64,000 bases of DNA from the human T2T-CHM13v2.0 reference genome, Homo sapiens. The stretch lies in assembly GCF_009914755.1 (NCBI RefSeq), contig NC_060934.1; one strand, written 5' to 3'. Shown piece after piece: positions 1 through 17,557 of this stretch. The position numbers and the translations under genes are program-made. Under the pieces are notes generated by a model that saw only the letters and a program-made list of their open reading frames with translations, made no database searches and was not told the DNA's origin. Numbering within the stretch: the first letter of the stretch is position 1; the number at the start of each line of letters is the position of its first letter.

Positions 1-126
1 AGGGAAACCCAATTAGTTTTCCCTTTATCTTTCTCTTTAGATTACTTCTCTAAATACTTAGCTTGTACTGCAGTGTTGGTCAATGACACTATCAAAGGTT
101 TTCTGCTAACATAACAATCTGCTTTG

Positions 127-172
127 AAGAAGGAAGGAAGGAAGGAGGAAGGAAGGAAGGAAGGAGAGAGAG
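127..172 (+). repeat. (GGAA)n / purine-rich simple repeat
   Basis: gaagaaggaaggaaggaaggaggaaggaaggaaggaaggagagagaggg. Confidence 0.85.
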
Positions 173-966
173 GGAATCTCAGTCGGAGAGTGCAAGGACT
201 GCAGATAAAGAACTTTCTCCTCCTAATGTTTGTGTGTAGACAGAGACCACATAGCAGCACTGAATGGTAAACTGTCTTTTTTGAAACTTGAAACTTCTGT
301 TTAAATGGCATTTAAGACATGATAAAATAAATTGTTTCATTCACTAAGCACTGGGACTCCCAATTACATCTCTCCTCTAAGAACCCCAAGTCCCTATTGC
401 CTGCCCCTGCTTTTTGAGCTCAGATGTTTGTAGATCCATGCAAGAAAAGTAATTTCTCTTGGTTGGTGATTTCTGGCTGTGGTTTTGCAGGTTTTTCACT
501 GAGATGTAAAACAAAGGCCCTGACTACTCAGTCATTTAAGGAAGACTCCCTGGAAACTTTCTGCAAAAGGTAGTAATATTAACAGCAATTGCCCTGGCCA
601 GAATCCATTGCAAGTAATTGCATTCCACCAGGTAGTTTATAACAAAAGCCTCTTCCCATGCAGTCTTCTGCATCTCTGCCAAGAATACAGCAGCAGCTAA
701 GCTCCAACTATGTTTGGGTCAAAACAGTTTCTGGAGTGAAGTCATTTAAGGAATACATACAGTGAGCCCCAACTGCCACAGCCTCCTTTGTTGTCTGCAA
801 TGATTGCTGTATTAGTTTGCAATGTCAATGCATTCTTTACATCTTCCCATTTGCCAAGATTCAGCTCAAATCTCTTCTCTTCCAATGAGTCCTTCAAAAG
901 CCTCTCAGATTGAGATCAATTGCACCCTTTTCCGAGTTTCTTCTTCTACATGGTATTAGTGACTCT

Positions 967-1743
<777 letters not shown>

Positions 1744-2163
1744 GAAAAGAGTATATGTAAAGCAAAGTTTCTGAATGTCTTTTGTTAGCTGGAGGGGTAA
1801 TCAAAACCAGAGGACTCCACTACTTTCATCCCATTTAGAGATCTTTGTTCTCAATCTGAAACTCCCTCCACTCTAGAGGTGGCAATTTCTTTGCATGTGT
1901 TTGAATAAACCAAGTCAAAATAATAACTTCAATGTATAAGCCTGCAGGAATCTGGAAGCAGTTGTCCCTTTTACCGCCAGTTGTAAAGTAAACAAGACAT
2001 GGGATTCAAGCCAAGTCATCAGACTCAGATTCAGTCTTTGCATGATGATTTTCTTTTTTCTAGACAAGGCTTTTTTCGTTCTTCTTCTTTTTGTTTTGTT
2101 TTGTTTTTGTTTTTGTGGTTGTGGGGGGAGGGGCGAGAATGGGGAGTAATAGGTATACAATAA

Positions 2164-2196
<33 letters not shown>

Positions 2197-2885
2197 TCCC
2201 AGACTAAAAGTCTCGAAGTTCTTAGACATTGGAAATGAAGTTGACCTTGGGCTTGGCACAGGGACAGAAGATGCCAGGGTTGGAGGAGCTTACTTTTCTC
2301 TTGGCTGAGATGCTCTGCTGCCAGGCTGCCCTTTTGAGAAGATGGCATGATCCAATCTGTACTGGGCTCCCAGGAAGGCTCTCTCATCATGCCAGGATCC
2401 CCCTGCTAGCCCTGTACAATTCCACTCATCACGGCAGGATCTTGAAAGACATGACGGCCAAAATGCAAAATGGAGATGAGTGACAGCCCAGCTTTGGCAG
2501 CACTGGGCAGAGGAAGGCTGAGCTCCTGAGTACAAAGGAAGGGGCTAGTAAAGGTGACATCTGGTGGTATCTGGACCATTTATTCTTCCATTAGTTCTAC
2601 AGCCTTCACAGACTCCCCTTCACTATATATATATATAAAAAATCTCCAGAATCTGTTTGTAGGCTGATATGAGCACCTGGCTCTCTATTAAAGTGAAAGA
2701 ACCCTCTTCTGTGTATTTGTGTCTGTCTCTTTTCAAACAATAGTCCTTTTCTTCCCTTGTGTTTTGTTATTTCACTTTAAGGCACATCTACTGTTTGTGG
2801 ATGGCAGAAGGGAGGCACTACAATTATGGAATAGAACATGTCCATGATTAATAGCATCTTTTTGTGGGGAGGTGAAAAATGTTTA

Positions 2886-3188
<303 letters not shown>

Positions 3189-3890
3189 TTAAGTTCAGTG
3201 ACAGGCAGTAGCCCACTAGTCCAAGCTGCCTTAAAGCTACATCAGTCCAAATTTAAAGCAATATAACCCCCTCTTCACTCATCTTGCAGGCAATGATATA
3301 TGTTAGAATTTATTCCCAAATTTGTTTTTTAAAAAAATACCTGCAATTTTTTAAAAAAATGTTCTTCTTTCAAGGGCTCTTTGAATAGCACTTTGTATCT
3401 AATAAGCCTATGTGGGATGCCTGTGTTTCATACCAAGACAGAGTCACTTGCTGTGCTAAGGAATAAAGTTAGAACTCTGGAATAATGGAGTGGAACTTTT
3501 GAAAAACAAAATTCCAAGAAGCTCCCCTCCCTGGGCTTAACAAATGTCTTTGAATACACCATAATAGTGGCCTCCCAGGGCTCTGGAACGTTCAACTGCT
3601 AGTAAGCATTCTATGCCATGAAGTAACTAAGAATTATGAATTCCAGTCCCTACTTCAATTCCTAAGTGGAAGAGCAGAGGGGAAAGTGCTACCTGCTCAC
3701 TGTGCTCTCCTAATGCACTCCTAAAAGCTGTGGCTACCCATTTCCTTAAATTTCAAAGATGCTCTGAGCATGTCTATGTACTCTCCTTCACCCATCCAGC
3801 AGCCAAATGCAAAATACAGCTGTCTTTCTAGGAGAGAAATCATGAGGCTAGTTTTTATGTCAAAGGGACAAATGGAGAAAAAGGGTATAA

Positions 3891-4177
3891 TTTCTTTTTT
3901 TTTTTTTTTGAGATGGAGTCTCACTCTGTCGCCCAGGCTGGAGTGCAGCGGTGCATTCTTGGCTCACTGCAACCTCCGCCTCCTGGGTTCAAGCAATTCT
4001 CTGCCTCAGCCTCCCAAGTAGCTGGGATTACAGGCGCCTACCACCACATCCGGCTAATTTTTGTATTTTTAGTAGAGACGGGGTTTCACCATCTCGGCCA
4101 GGCTGGTCTTGATCTTCTGACCTCATGATCCACCCACCTCGGCCTCCAAAGTGCTGGGATTACAGGCATGAGCCACC
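3891..4177 (-). mobile_element. Alu (AluS)
   Basis: Alu consensus. Confidence 0.93.
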
Positions 4178-4359
4178 AGAAGTTTTCAAATCAAAACTTC
4201 CACTGTCCAGTAGAGGACTGCTGGTTTCAAACACATAACTTCAATATTTATCCTTGCATCACCAACACCAAGAGCCTTTTCATAAAGAGAAAATGTAACC
4301 AAGAGTTTCACTGAAAAATAATGCCTTCCTGTTGGCACAGCTCACCTCTGTTTAGTAAA

Positions 4360-4540
4360 GTGTAGTACTTGGTCTACGTGCAGCAGAACTGCAGGGAGAT
4401 GGAAAAGTGGCACATGCTTGTTAAAATGCAGATTCTCAGAACTAACGACCTAGAATTTCTGAGAAATAGGCCCCCAGATCTGCAGTTTAACAAGCTCTCT
4501 AGATGATTTTCATATATGCGGACGTTTAAGAACCTCAGTA
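4360..4540. mobile_element. MER5-type hAT-Charlie relic
   Basis: ttgttaaaatgcagattctc...atctgcagtttaacaagctctctagatgatt...gtttaagaacc. Confidence 0.7.
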
Positions 4541-4670
4541 GTAATTTAGGCACTTCATCCCACTAATCCCTTGAAAGGCAACTGGGCATATCTTTAGGAT
4601 TTTCATTTATATTGGGAAAAGCAAAGATATCAAAACATTCAAGCAGCAGTACTCTGCTATAAATGGCTAA

Positions 4671-5250
<580 letters not shown>

Positions 5251-6056
5251 TGGAGTTTTGTTTTGTTTCTGAATCTACTACCACCATACGTGGGAATGTT
5301 CTCAGTACATTTCACATATGCATGTCTTAGAGCTTACAGTTTATTATAATCACTGATTTGAGAAGCTGGAGCCATTGCTGTTCTATTTCTTCTTTAAAAC
5401 GTGTGAGTGTGGGTTACTTTAAATACCACTTAGCTCAAAAGGCAAAGGCAGATTTCTAGTTCCAATTTAGGTCTAGTTGTAAACAGCTTTCTTTCTAATA
5501 TTTGTCTTTATATCTTTCCCTGTGGTAGTTCTATTAGTTTCTTTTATAAATCTGATATAGAAAAAGTGTCTGTCACTGAAAAAGTGGGGGGAGAGTTATT
5601 CACTAGGATCCATGTGTTCAGTGTTTAATAGAGTAAATGCAACATACATGTATGCATGTATGTATATTATGTATATATTAATAGCTATTTATACTACAGA
5701 GGAAATTTCATGGAAGAATAGGATCTCTCTTTTCTAGGGAGCTGAGAAAGACTAGTAGTTCCTACAGAAAAAGCAAGTACCTACAGATTTAATGGTAGTA
5801 TATCTCAAAGGTTAAAGGTAACGATAGAGCCACAAGATTTGATCAGAGCCCATGAAAAAAGCTGTACAAGGGAAAGAACAAGTTCTGCTCAGCACGCACA
5901 TGCAATAATGTAGTGACCATTTCTCAGCTGTGGCTTCTCCAAGAATCATCATTTAGGGCAATGGTATCTAAGCAGATCCTTGCACCAAACATCAGCGAAC
6001 TGTATTGTCCCTCATGACACTGGCCACAGATAAGTGAGTAGGACAGGCGCATTTCT

Positions 6057-6383
6057 TTGTTTCTTTTTCTTCTCTTTTCTTTTTTTTTTTTTTTTTTTTT
6101 TGAGATGGAGTCTTGCACTGTCGCCCTCGCTGGAGTGCAATAGTGAGATCTTGGCTCACTGCAACCCCTGCCTCCCAGGTTCAAGCTACTCTCCTGCCTC
6201 AGCCTCCTGAATAGCTGAAATTACAGGCACCCACCCGCAAGCCCAGCTAATTTTTTGTATTTTTAGTAGAGACGGGGTTTCACTATGTTGGCCAGGCTGT
6301 TCTCAAACTTCTGACTTCGTGATCCTACCTACCTCGGCCTCCCAAAGAGCTGGGATTACAGACATGAACCACCGCGCCCGGCC
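6057..6383 (-). mobile_element. Alu (AluS)
   Basis: Alu consensus; TSD gacaggcgcatttct. Confidence 0.93.
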
Positions 6384-6602
6384 TGACAGGCGCATTTCTG
6401 AAATGCATTCCCTCCAATGGAGAAAAGAAACCCAGAGTAAACGAATGTACGTTGTGAGTAAAGAGAGGCAGCTGTAGGCCACCAGGAAATCTTAAAGTTA
6501 GAACAAGAAATATTGTCTTGTTACAGAAATGGCATGACATCTCCCTGCCATTGAAAATCTATCTTGATTATTGTTGGCAACTCTAATCTTAGAAATACCA
6601 AG

Positions 6603-6920
6603 GGCCAGGCAGAGTGGGCTCACGCCTGCAATCCCAAAGCTTTGAGAGGCTGAGGCAGGAGGATCACTTGGGCCCAGGAGTTTGAGACTAGCCTGGGCAA
6701 CATAGGGAGACCATGTACCTACAAAAAAAATGTTTTTAAATTAGCTGGCAGAGGGGACAGTGGGCGGTGTCATGTGCCTGTCATCCCTACTTACATTGGA
6801 GGCTGGGGTGGGAGGATTGCTCCAGCCCGGGAATTGAAGGCTGCAGTGAGCTATGATCACACCACTGCACTCCAGCTGAGGCTACAGAGTGAGACATTGT
6901 CTCAAAACAAAAACAAAAGA
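6603..6920 (+). mobile_element. Alu (AluJ-like)
   Basis: AluJ diagnostics ggaggatcacttgggcccagg and gctgcagtgagctatgatc. Confidence 0.9.
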
Positions 6921-7583
6921 AATACCAACGAGAAAATCCATCAACTTCCTTTTATCTATTATATTCATTCATCCATGCATGTATTTATTCATTGACTTAT
7001 TGGCAAGTATTTACTGAGTCCTTCCTAGAAACCAGTACTGAGACCTGGACTTACAACAAGGTTTTCTTGGGATCCTCGATGTAGAATCCTTTTCAGACTT
7101 CTGAAAGCATCAAGCTTATCCTGTAAATCTGTCAAGGCTGTTATCCAGAAATGACAAGCTGAATTATTTTACATAAGGCAACTTAAAAATATGACATATG
7201 GTTTGCCTTTACATTTTCTCTGTGCTTTGTATTTTATCTGAGATTATATAATTCGTATTTAAAACGCGAAATTTATTGAAGATCTACAGAGGGATCAGCC
7301 TGAAGAACACTAGTAAAAACTAACCTTCCAGACAAGAAAACTGGAGCAAGGTTTGGAAAACAGTAAACTATGATAGAAGAACATAGACCAGAAATGCAAA
7401 GATCGGGGTTCTAGTTAAAGGCAACCAGTCACTAACTAGGCTTCACATATAAAGCAGCAATGCCTTAACCTCTCCTACCCACCTCATGGTATTTTTATAA
7501 GGATAAGATGATTACACATTCATACTCACAGTTCTGTAATCATTCTGAAAATATACTATGTTGTAAATATACAAGGTGGTCTT

Positions 7584-8208
<625 letters not shown>

Positions 8209-11200
8209 TCTGTCCTTCTAATAAATGATATTTGGAAAGAAAAAAGGAAGGAATAAAGGGAGGGAGAGAGGGAAGAAAATAAAATAGCAACAAACTAAGC
8301 AGTTGTAGATACATAATATCCAGTATCCAATTTCAACAAGGCCCTCTCCCACATATTTATTTCAGTGTTCTTTGTAATTCCCCCGAGTTAGGTATGTATG
8401 GGAGGAACATAATGAACCATGGGCAAAACTTTGTATTTATAATAATTGAAGCCAAATGGTTTGGGTTTGATAATCTTCTGGGCTTTATCAAATGAGCTTG
8501 ATCAGTTTCCACTGGTACCTGGGTAAGAGAATGCTGACTTGGGTCTCCAGGGAGCCAGATGGCCTCCTACTCATCATATTATACTCTCAGTCTATACCAC
8601 CAAGGCCTGTGGGGTAGGATAAGTGAGATGCTATGGCTCTCGGGAATTTTTAAGCCCTCATACAAGTATAATCTTCACAAGTCTATAAAATTTCAAATAG
8701 TAAATAGAGGGGAGAAGGGAAATATAACTGCAGAAACCACTTCCTCTGCAGATCAAATAATTAATTGCATTTTCTGCATGTGGTTGTTAGCACTAAAAGT
8801 GCAAGGAGGAAGTGGGAGGAAGAGGCTACTTCTACAAGAAGAGGCCAGTTCTTTCTGTCAAGCTTTAACTTGCTTAGATCTTGAATTTTAAATCAAACGG
8901 GGAAAGGCAAATTTCAAGCTCTATTTACTTTTTAGCAAATCGGGACTTCTTGTCTCAATCTGAGTAAACTCAGAATTCTTTTTGGGCCACTGTGTTTGTA
9001 TTATGGCCATTTCTACCAAAATAATTTGGTTGGTAGAATTTGGGTTCGAATCCCATTAAAATGTCAGCAGCATCAAACCCTTAGCACAACAGAAGGTAGT
9101 GGAAATAGAAGAGTGAAAAAAGTTACAAAGGGAATTATAAACCTTTCAATACCTTTTCATTTTTATTTCTCTAAATTAGCACATCTTTAAGGCTACTGGT
9201 CAGTCAGAAGTACCAATCTTGCTACAATGAACATCTGTGATTTCAGACAAACTAGTTCTGGCTCCAAATGCCCTAAACCTAAATTTGATTATAGGAAGAA
9301 ACTTACGTTTACCTGAGAGGCCACCAGCCTAGCAGTGTGCTGGTAACTCATATAATTTGATAGGTAGAGGGCTCAGTGCCTGATGTCCCACATGCTGGGA
9401 CTTTGGTCTCTCTGTCAGCTTGCCATAGAGCATACCCAGCTATGCCTAGGGCAGAACGGCCCTGCAATTTAGCAACAAATCATCATCAGGAAGTAATTAG
9501 AGAGCTCTGCTGTTTTTTGAAGCTGGGATAATCCTACAGGCAACTTCCCAATTTTTTCCTAATTATTTTATTTATTTAGGGTCATTATTTATGTTGACAC
9601 AAAAGGTCATTTAATTGAAAATGATTGGTAATTCTGGTGGTCTGCCCCTTCTTTTAAAGAAAGCATACATTTTCTTTTGCAGGTCCCTCTCTTCTTGTTT
9701 GAAAAAAATAATAATAATAAAACGAAGACTAAAATGAATGCATCCCACCAGTTGCAATGGGCATCGAGCCAGAATTACAGCAAGCACTGGCGCTGCAGGG
9801 GTAAGAAACAATGGATTTTAATTGGTGCCTAGGGGTAAAGGTCAGCTCTCTTGGAACAATGGGCATCTATGGTAGTAATTGACTGAGTCCTCTGTGGGAG
9901 TCTGTAAATGTCAGCAATGTACTTCCAAATGGAAGCACAAAGGGCTTGGGCCCAAGGAACAAAGACAGTATTAGTGAGTGGAGAAAATACGTAAATCAGT
10001 TCGTTAAATAATGCACTAATAAAGCAAAAGTGGTGGACACACACAAACACACCACATCACAGAGATTCAAAAGAAAACAGACTACTTCAATATCAAATAC
10101 ATGCCTTCCTATAAGATCCAACCTCTCTTTCCCCAGCACAAGTTCAGCTGTTTTCCTGGACAGCCTGGAATCCAAACACTTTAATTATTTGAGTCAAGTT
10201 GGATGGGTTTGGCTCCTAAGAAAAGCTACATCCATCCCGGTGAAATCTGGATGCTGATGGGGATAGCATCCACAATTAAAGTTGTAGTTATTCTTGTTCA
10301 AGGGAATTTGGGCCCTTTTTAGAAAGTAGTAGAGAAAAAGATGAAGTACTAATCATTGGAACACCAGGCCCCTCCTGCTTCCCCACAAATGCTTGGCTGC
10401 TTCTTTTATTGCTATGTTTTACTCCATTTTTCTCATTTCCTCATCTTTCCCAATATTCACCCACTCCTGTGATCCAGACCACCTCCTCAGGGTCCAATAA
10501 GTTTAGAGAGACTGTATTCTCTACATCAAGAATTTACATAAACGATCTATCAAAGGAACATTTTATGAGCTTTAAGAGGCAAAAGAGTAGAATATGTAAC
10601 ATAATAACACATTATTAAGATTCTAGAGAATGAAAGATACAGTACCTTTACCAGTATAAACTCGATGCTCATTTCCAACTACATAGTTCTCCCTTCCATC
10701 TGTGAGCTCTCTGCAGACAGGGCCCTGTGTTATGCATGTTTGTATCTCTACTGCCTGGCAGTCAATAAATATTGGTTCAACTAAATGATATTTTTCTGTT
10801 GTGAATGTCATGACTTTGTGTTATGCTGATCTGCTTCATTGGTCAGCTTAAGCCCTTTTATGCTGCTTCCCTGACTATGTGAGATTACAGCCCTCTCTAA
10901 ACTCTTAAAGCCTTTGTTGTCTGTACAATCCACTCTACTACCTTATATTATTTAATTGCATTCCTGAGCTGGGATGGTAAACTCCGTAAGAGCAAAGCGA
11001 GGTTCATGTTTCTTTTATATTCACCTTTATGCTTGCAGAGAACAAGGCACAAGCCAGGTGTTCAATAAAACATGTCAATTAATCTCTTCTTAATATTATA
11101 CCCCCAAATTTCATCAATAGTTCTGACTGGCCAGTAGTACTTAAGATACATGCTGAATATATCAAATCTATAATGTGAATTTTAGTTGTATTAATTCAAT

Positions 11201-11321
11201 ATTAATAATGTCACCACTGCCCATTTACTGATTTTACAAGCAAGACAGGAAGAAAGTTTATTGCACCTGAAAATAAATTACATTATTACATAAAAACTGT
11301 AATTCAAATGGGTCATGAGGA

Positions 11322-11602
<281 letters not shown>

Positions 11603-11799
11603 GGAATTTTTTAGGGTTTAATTAGCATAGTAAGATAGCAGTGGAAATTAACATGTTTTACGAGTCTAAATAGACACTCTTAATCATTTAAATCTGAAAA
11701 CTACGTCAAGATATGCATTGTGCGCTTGTGGACACTAGTTTCTCATAGTACATACACCGAAAGACTGTTTTCATCTTCCTTTCCCCTTCTCCTTTGACA

Positions 11800-12025
11800 A
11801 ATATTTGCATCTCTGTGAAACCTTCCTAGTCTCCAAAGATAGAGTTCTATGTACATAGCTATCATGATACATAAGTACTGTGCTGTAAGAGATTGTTTAT
11901 ACATTCATCTCCTCAACCAGACTGTGCAATCATTAAGAGTAAGAACAACCTCTTATATTTCTATTTCCCAGTTCTTAAAAAAGATCTGGAACAAAATAGG
12001 CATTTAATACCTTCTGGTTGAGTTG
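11800..12025. mobile_element. L2 3' relic
   Basis: accagactgtgcaatcattaagagtaagaac...ggaacaaaataggcatttaata. Confidence 0.5.
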
Positions 12026-12069
12026 ACAAAAGACAGCATAAGGCATGGCCATATAATTTGGAACAGTTA

Positions 12070-12350
12070 AGAAGAGTAACAATGAGACTAACATTTGTTG
12101 AATGCTTGCTAGGTCTCAGACACTGTTCTTTGCTGGTTTTGACTCTTTATTTCCCATAACTACTTTAGGATGTTGACACAATCATTATATTTTAGTTTGG
12201 AGAGGAGGAAACTGTGTCATGCAGGGGTTTACAACAAATAAACCAACAAATAAAATGTTGTCTAAGGGCACACAATTATTATGTAGCTTAGCTGGAATTT
12301 AAGGCCAGGTCGCCTGGCTCCAGGGTCCATTATATTAAATACTGTTCCAC
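12070..12350. mobile_element. MIR
   Basis: taacatttgttgaatgctt...gaggaggaaactg...ctaagggcacacaatt...ggaatttaaggccagg. Confidence 0.7.
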
Positions 12351-14591
12351 AACTAATGATGCCCCTGAGCAAAAATTCATAATGACCACCTTCAAATAAC
12401 AAAGTGTATCTCCGCAGTGACAGGAAATAGGTGCTGAGTTGGTATACGTGACGAGTGCAGAAAATACAAGGTATACATATAAATACAAGAGATCATTGCA
12501 CAGTGGTATGAGGGAGTAGCTAAGAGAGCATTAAAAGGACAAAAATCCATTAAGTGTGGGCAGCAGCGATGATATTTGAATCTGCTGCAGGGGAGCTGGA
12601 GAACCTAGATCTAGGCCTACCACACCCCCACACTTGAGTCATAATTGTGCTTTCCTTCCTGGCAAAACCGATTTCAACCACAGCCATCAATATCTTTTAC
12701 CCCTTTGAAACCACTCAGGAAGAACAGAAAGATAAGGGTAAATTGTACTCCCTCTGAAAGTCTTAATAAGTTCCTGGTAAATTAGCTCTCCTCTCTCTGA
12801 GAGATCTCCAGAGATTCCTAAACTTCTACTGCTGAAAATATTTACAATTTTATTATTTCTTTTTCTTCTGCCCTCTGTCTTCATTGTGCTCTTTGTATTA
12901 GCATTCTCCCATTACTCTGGTTACTTTAAATTCTGCACAGTAATCTCTGTCGTCTTCTCTCTCGGCTTTACCTCTGTATCCTTCCTTCTATGCCTCTTCT
13001 CTTATCTGTGAGAGGCTGTGCATTCCAGATATTTTCTTTTTACATATCTTTTGTTTTTTGGATACATCCACATTGTCATTTTCTCCACTATAAGCATGTT
13101 CATTTCCTGGTGCCAGATGCCATCAATCAAGGCAACACTTAGTATTCTACTCCCCAAACACACATACTGCCCCAAGCAGCCAGGAAAAGATTTTTCTCTC
13201 CCAGCTGTTATATTGTATATATCCCATACAGCAGGCCTTTTCACCTATGAGCATCTAAGCCTACCTGTTACCTACAAGCTATAGTTTTTGTTCTGCAAAA
13301 CCTAATTTAAGTACTTGACTTGAAAGGTTGTAAAACAAGAGCACATTAGAGGTCAAGGACCCAGTAAAGTAGGGAAGTGATGCTTTGAGGAACAAAGGGA
13401 CAAAACCATCAAAAGAAGATCTGGTCAAGGGAAAGGTCAGGTCAGCAAAAGAAATGTTTGAATGGAAACAATTTAGCCCCTGAGGCTGGTGGTGCACTCT
13501 TAATTTCTCCAGGGGAGAAATAGTGGTTTTATTAAAGATTCATCCACATTGACTTTGTTTTCATGACAGCACCAGGAGAAAGCTTGGGGCAGTTCTGATA
13601 CATTGGAGTGAAACATCTCCACCCTAGTAAATATCGCAAATTTCCTGTAGCGGACAGCATTCATCTCCATCCATCTTATATAAGAGCAGCACAGGCTATT
13701 CACTAGAAACAAATGTTCTAGATACAGTATGTCAAACACAAGATGACGGAAACCCCTGAGAAACCACAGGGAGTGTGCTGGAAGCAAACAGACCAGAATG
13801 TTGAAAAGACCTCTGACCATTTTCCACAGCAGAGCATAACTTGGAACCAACCAGAAATAATGCATTTGACCTTCATAAAAGGGTAATGGATGGGCACTTA
13901 ATATTTGGCCAGCCAGACCTCAGAGAACATGAGCTCTAATAAGGACAGATGATGAGACAAAAATAAATAAATAATTAGACAGATAACTTTAAAAACAAAT
14001 TGTTCTCAAAGAAGATTGCGCAGATAGTCTATTATGCTTACTTGAAGAATGGTCAGCTTCCAAAAGGTTTCCTTTTGTATTTGAGAATTTCTGATCACTT
14101 GGCCACAGAGGCAACCTATTTTCCAAGAACCACTCAGTGATATAAAAAACATGCAGTTTCCAGATCAATCTTCATAATATTTAGAGAGTAATTTAGGCTA
14201 TCATTACCTTGATTAATTTCATTTGTTAAAAAGGTATCAAACCAAAAGATAGAGTCTATTTTTTAATGAAAAAAGCATTATCTAAACTTAGAAGAGATTT
14301 ATAGGTGGACCTATCTATTACCTTTCTACCTATTTATTGAGCTAGCTAAATACCTGTATCTTTTAAAAATACATAAATGTAGCTAATACAATTTTGAATT
14401 ATAATGTCAATAACATATAAACTTGATCATCATACAGATATAACTTAGTTTTTAAAGTCACCAATTCATGATTAATATGTAATGCATTAGATGCTTCTTA
14501 TATGTGATAGACATAACACTTACAAATGAAGAATAACAAATATGTTAATTAAGCAGGAAGCTTCTTTCTATCAAAAAAATACTTTGTACTA

Positions 14592-15017
<426 letters not shown>

Positions 15018-15688
15018 TCAGAATTTACTGCCTGAACCTGATTTATCATTAATTAATTTATTTTTTACTACATCAGTGTTAGATAGACACAGATAATATC
15101 CCAGAAAAATCAACTAGGTACTTAGTGTGTAATGTAACATATTGTATTAAAATTTAAGAGTGTAGTTTTATTAGCATTTTTAAATTTATGAATGTTATAA
15201 TAGGTGCTTTGATTTATATAAACTAATATAGAATATATGGCAATTTCGGGTATAGGTCAGTGTACAGAGAGGAGTGTCTTAGATCAGTGTTGTTTTTCTC
15301 TATGTTCCAAAGAGCCCACGAGTTCCAGAGGCTTCCGCAGGGACTTCTTGGAGTGACAAGGGGTTGTGGAGTGGGCACTGCTCCTGGCACTCCAACCCTG
15401 TTTCAAAGAGAGCATTCTGCACTTATTATTCTGTAGCTCATTTGAAACCCAGGGGATTACTGTTGGAAAATCACTCCAAGTAAAAAGAGAGATGCAGCAT
15501 GCTTTCTTGGATTTTATATTTTTAATGTTCAGGAAGAAAACAGAACAATGCTTCATGGACTGAAACAGTATAAACACTCAGCGGTACCCAAAAAAAGATC
15601 AAAGGAGAGGACCTTTCCCTTTGGCCATCATTCCTCAGGTTAAGTGTAGGGAAGTAAGGATTTACTTACTACACGTCACTTTTATTGA

Positions 15689-16034
<346 letters not shown>

Positions 16035-16469
16035 CATTTCTTTATGAATGAAACATACATCCTTGTTAAAAAGATTAGAGGCAAATGGATGATCTTGTGT
16101 ACAAAGTGACAGATGAAAGAGTTAAGGTGGAATGAGCAAGTGTTGCTTGTCCGCCAAGGGAATGTCATGCACCCCCTTTGATGTATTATACAATACGCTA
16201 GCTCCTCTTGGCCTCCCTAGATAATGTCAAGTGAGTGCTATGCAAAGTCCTGGCATTTAAAATATTAATCATGTTCTTCTTGGTTAGAACAGACAAAATT
16301 ATACATTATGACCTAGAAATGACTAAAACCTACAGAGATTCTTTACTGTTCTTGTTTACTCACTTGAAATAATTAAATTTATAGTTAGAGAAAAGAAAGG
16401 AGTCAAAGCTGATTTCACAGAGCATTTCATTTAAGTTTCAGCCTAGGAGTCCAAAAGCGAACCAAAGTT

Positions 16470-16750
16470 CAATTCAAATATTCAGTCATGTATTGGACAC
16501 CTACTGTATACCAAAATCCTATGCTCGGCACGTTAAAGAATACATAACTGATTAAGGCACTTTATGCCATCTAGGTCCTCGCATTCTAAAGGGAGTATTA
16601 GACATGGTCAAGAACAACTATAATCAGAAGTGAGAGTAAAGTGCTAGAAAAAAGAAAACGGATGTCTTGGAGATAAGAGGGAGTGAGCAAGTCTCCTCAG
16701 GGAAATTGATTAAATTTTATGGAAGAGGTGGCATTTAAGGTTCACTTTCA
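16470..16750. mobile_element. L2 3' relic (followed by a MIR core to about 16880)
   Basis: attcagtcatgtattggacacctactgtatacca...ggaagaggtggcatttaag. Confidence 0.6.
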
Positions 16751-16973
16751 AGGTCTAATGATCTTAGCTTATCATTCCCCAGCTGCATGTAACTTCAGAC
16801 AAGTCACTAAACTCTCTGGGACTCAGTCTCCATATCTGTTAAAGAAAAGAGTAGAATTTTAATATCCCCAAAATCTTTTAGATTCAGATTCAATGATACG
16901 TGATTCTTCCTAAGAGAAGGTGGCAGATCCTATCAACCATTCCTCTTTGCTGTCCTCAAAAGTCACATACATG

Positions 16974-17557
16974 GGCCTGGCGTGGTGGCTCATGCTTGTA
17001 ATCCCAGCACTTTGGGAGGCCGAGGCGGGTGGATCACCTGGGGTCAGGAGTTCGAAACCAGCCTGGCTAACATGGTGAAATCCCATCTCTACCAAAAGTA
17101 CAAAAATTAGTTGGGTGTGGTGGTGCATGCCTTTAGTCCCAGCTACTCAGGAGGCTGAGGCAGAAGGATTGCTTCAACTCAGGAGGCGGAGGTTGCGGTT
17201 GTGCCACTGTACTCCAGCCTAGGCAACAGAGCAAGACTCTATCTCAAAAAAAAAAAAAAAAGGCTGGGTGTGGTGGCCCACACCTGTAATCCCAGCACTT
17301 TGGGAGGCCGAGGCGGGTGGATCATGAGGTCAGGAGTTCAAGACCAGCCTGGCCAAGATGGTAAAACCCCACCTCTACTAAAAATATGAAAATTAGCTGG
17401 GTGTGGTAGTAGACGCCTGTAATCCCAGCTGCTCGGGAGGCTGAGGCAGAGAATTTTTTGAACCCGGGAGGCGGAGGTTGCAGTGAGCCGAGATTGTGCC
17501 ACTGCACTCCAGCCTGGGCAATAGAGTGAGACTTCATCTCAAAAAAAAAAAAAAAAA
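16974..17557 (+). mobile_element. Two tandem Alus (16974-17261, 17262-17557) inside one TSD
   Basis: Alu consensus twice; TSD aaaagtcacatacatg at 16958-16973 and 17554-17569. Confidence 0.93.

Noticed and set aside
2031-2535. Overlapping non-repeat ORFs with a possible minus-strand donor (AAA|GTAAGC)
   Set aside because: No recognisable protein similarity and no convincing acceptor.
2554-2567. CTCF-like motif CCACCAGATGTCAC (minus strand)
   Set aside because: It mismatches a core position, and a single motif is not supportable without ChIP data.
13500-13865. 121-aa non-repeat ORF
   Set aside because: No recognisable domain; composition resembles random AT-rich DNA.
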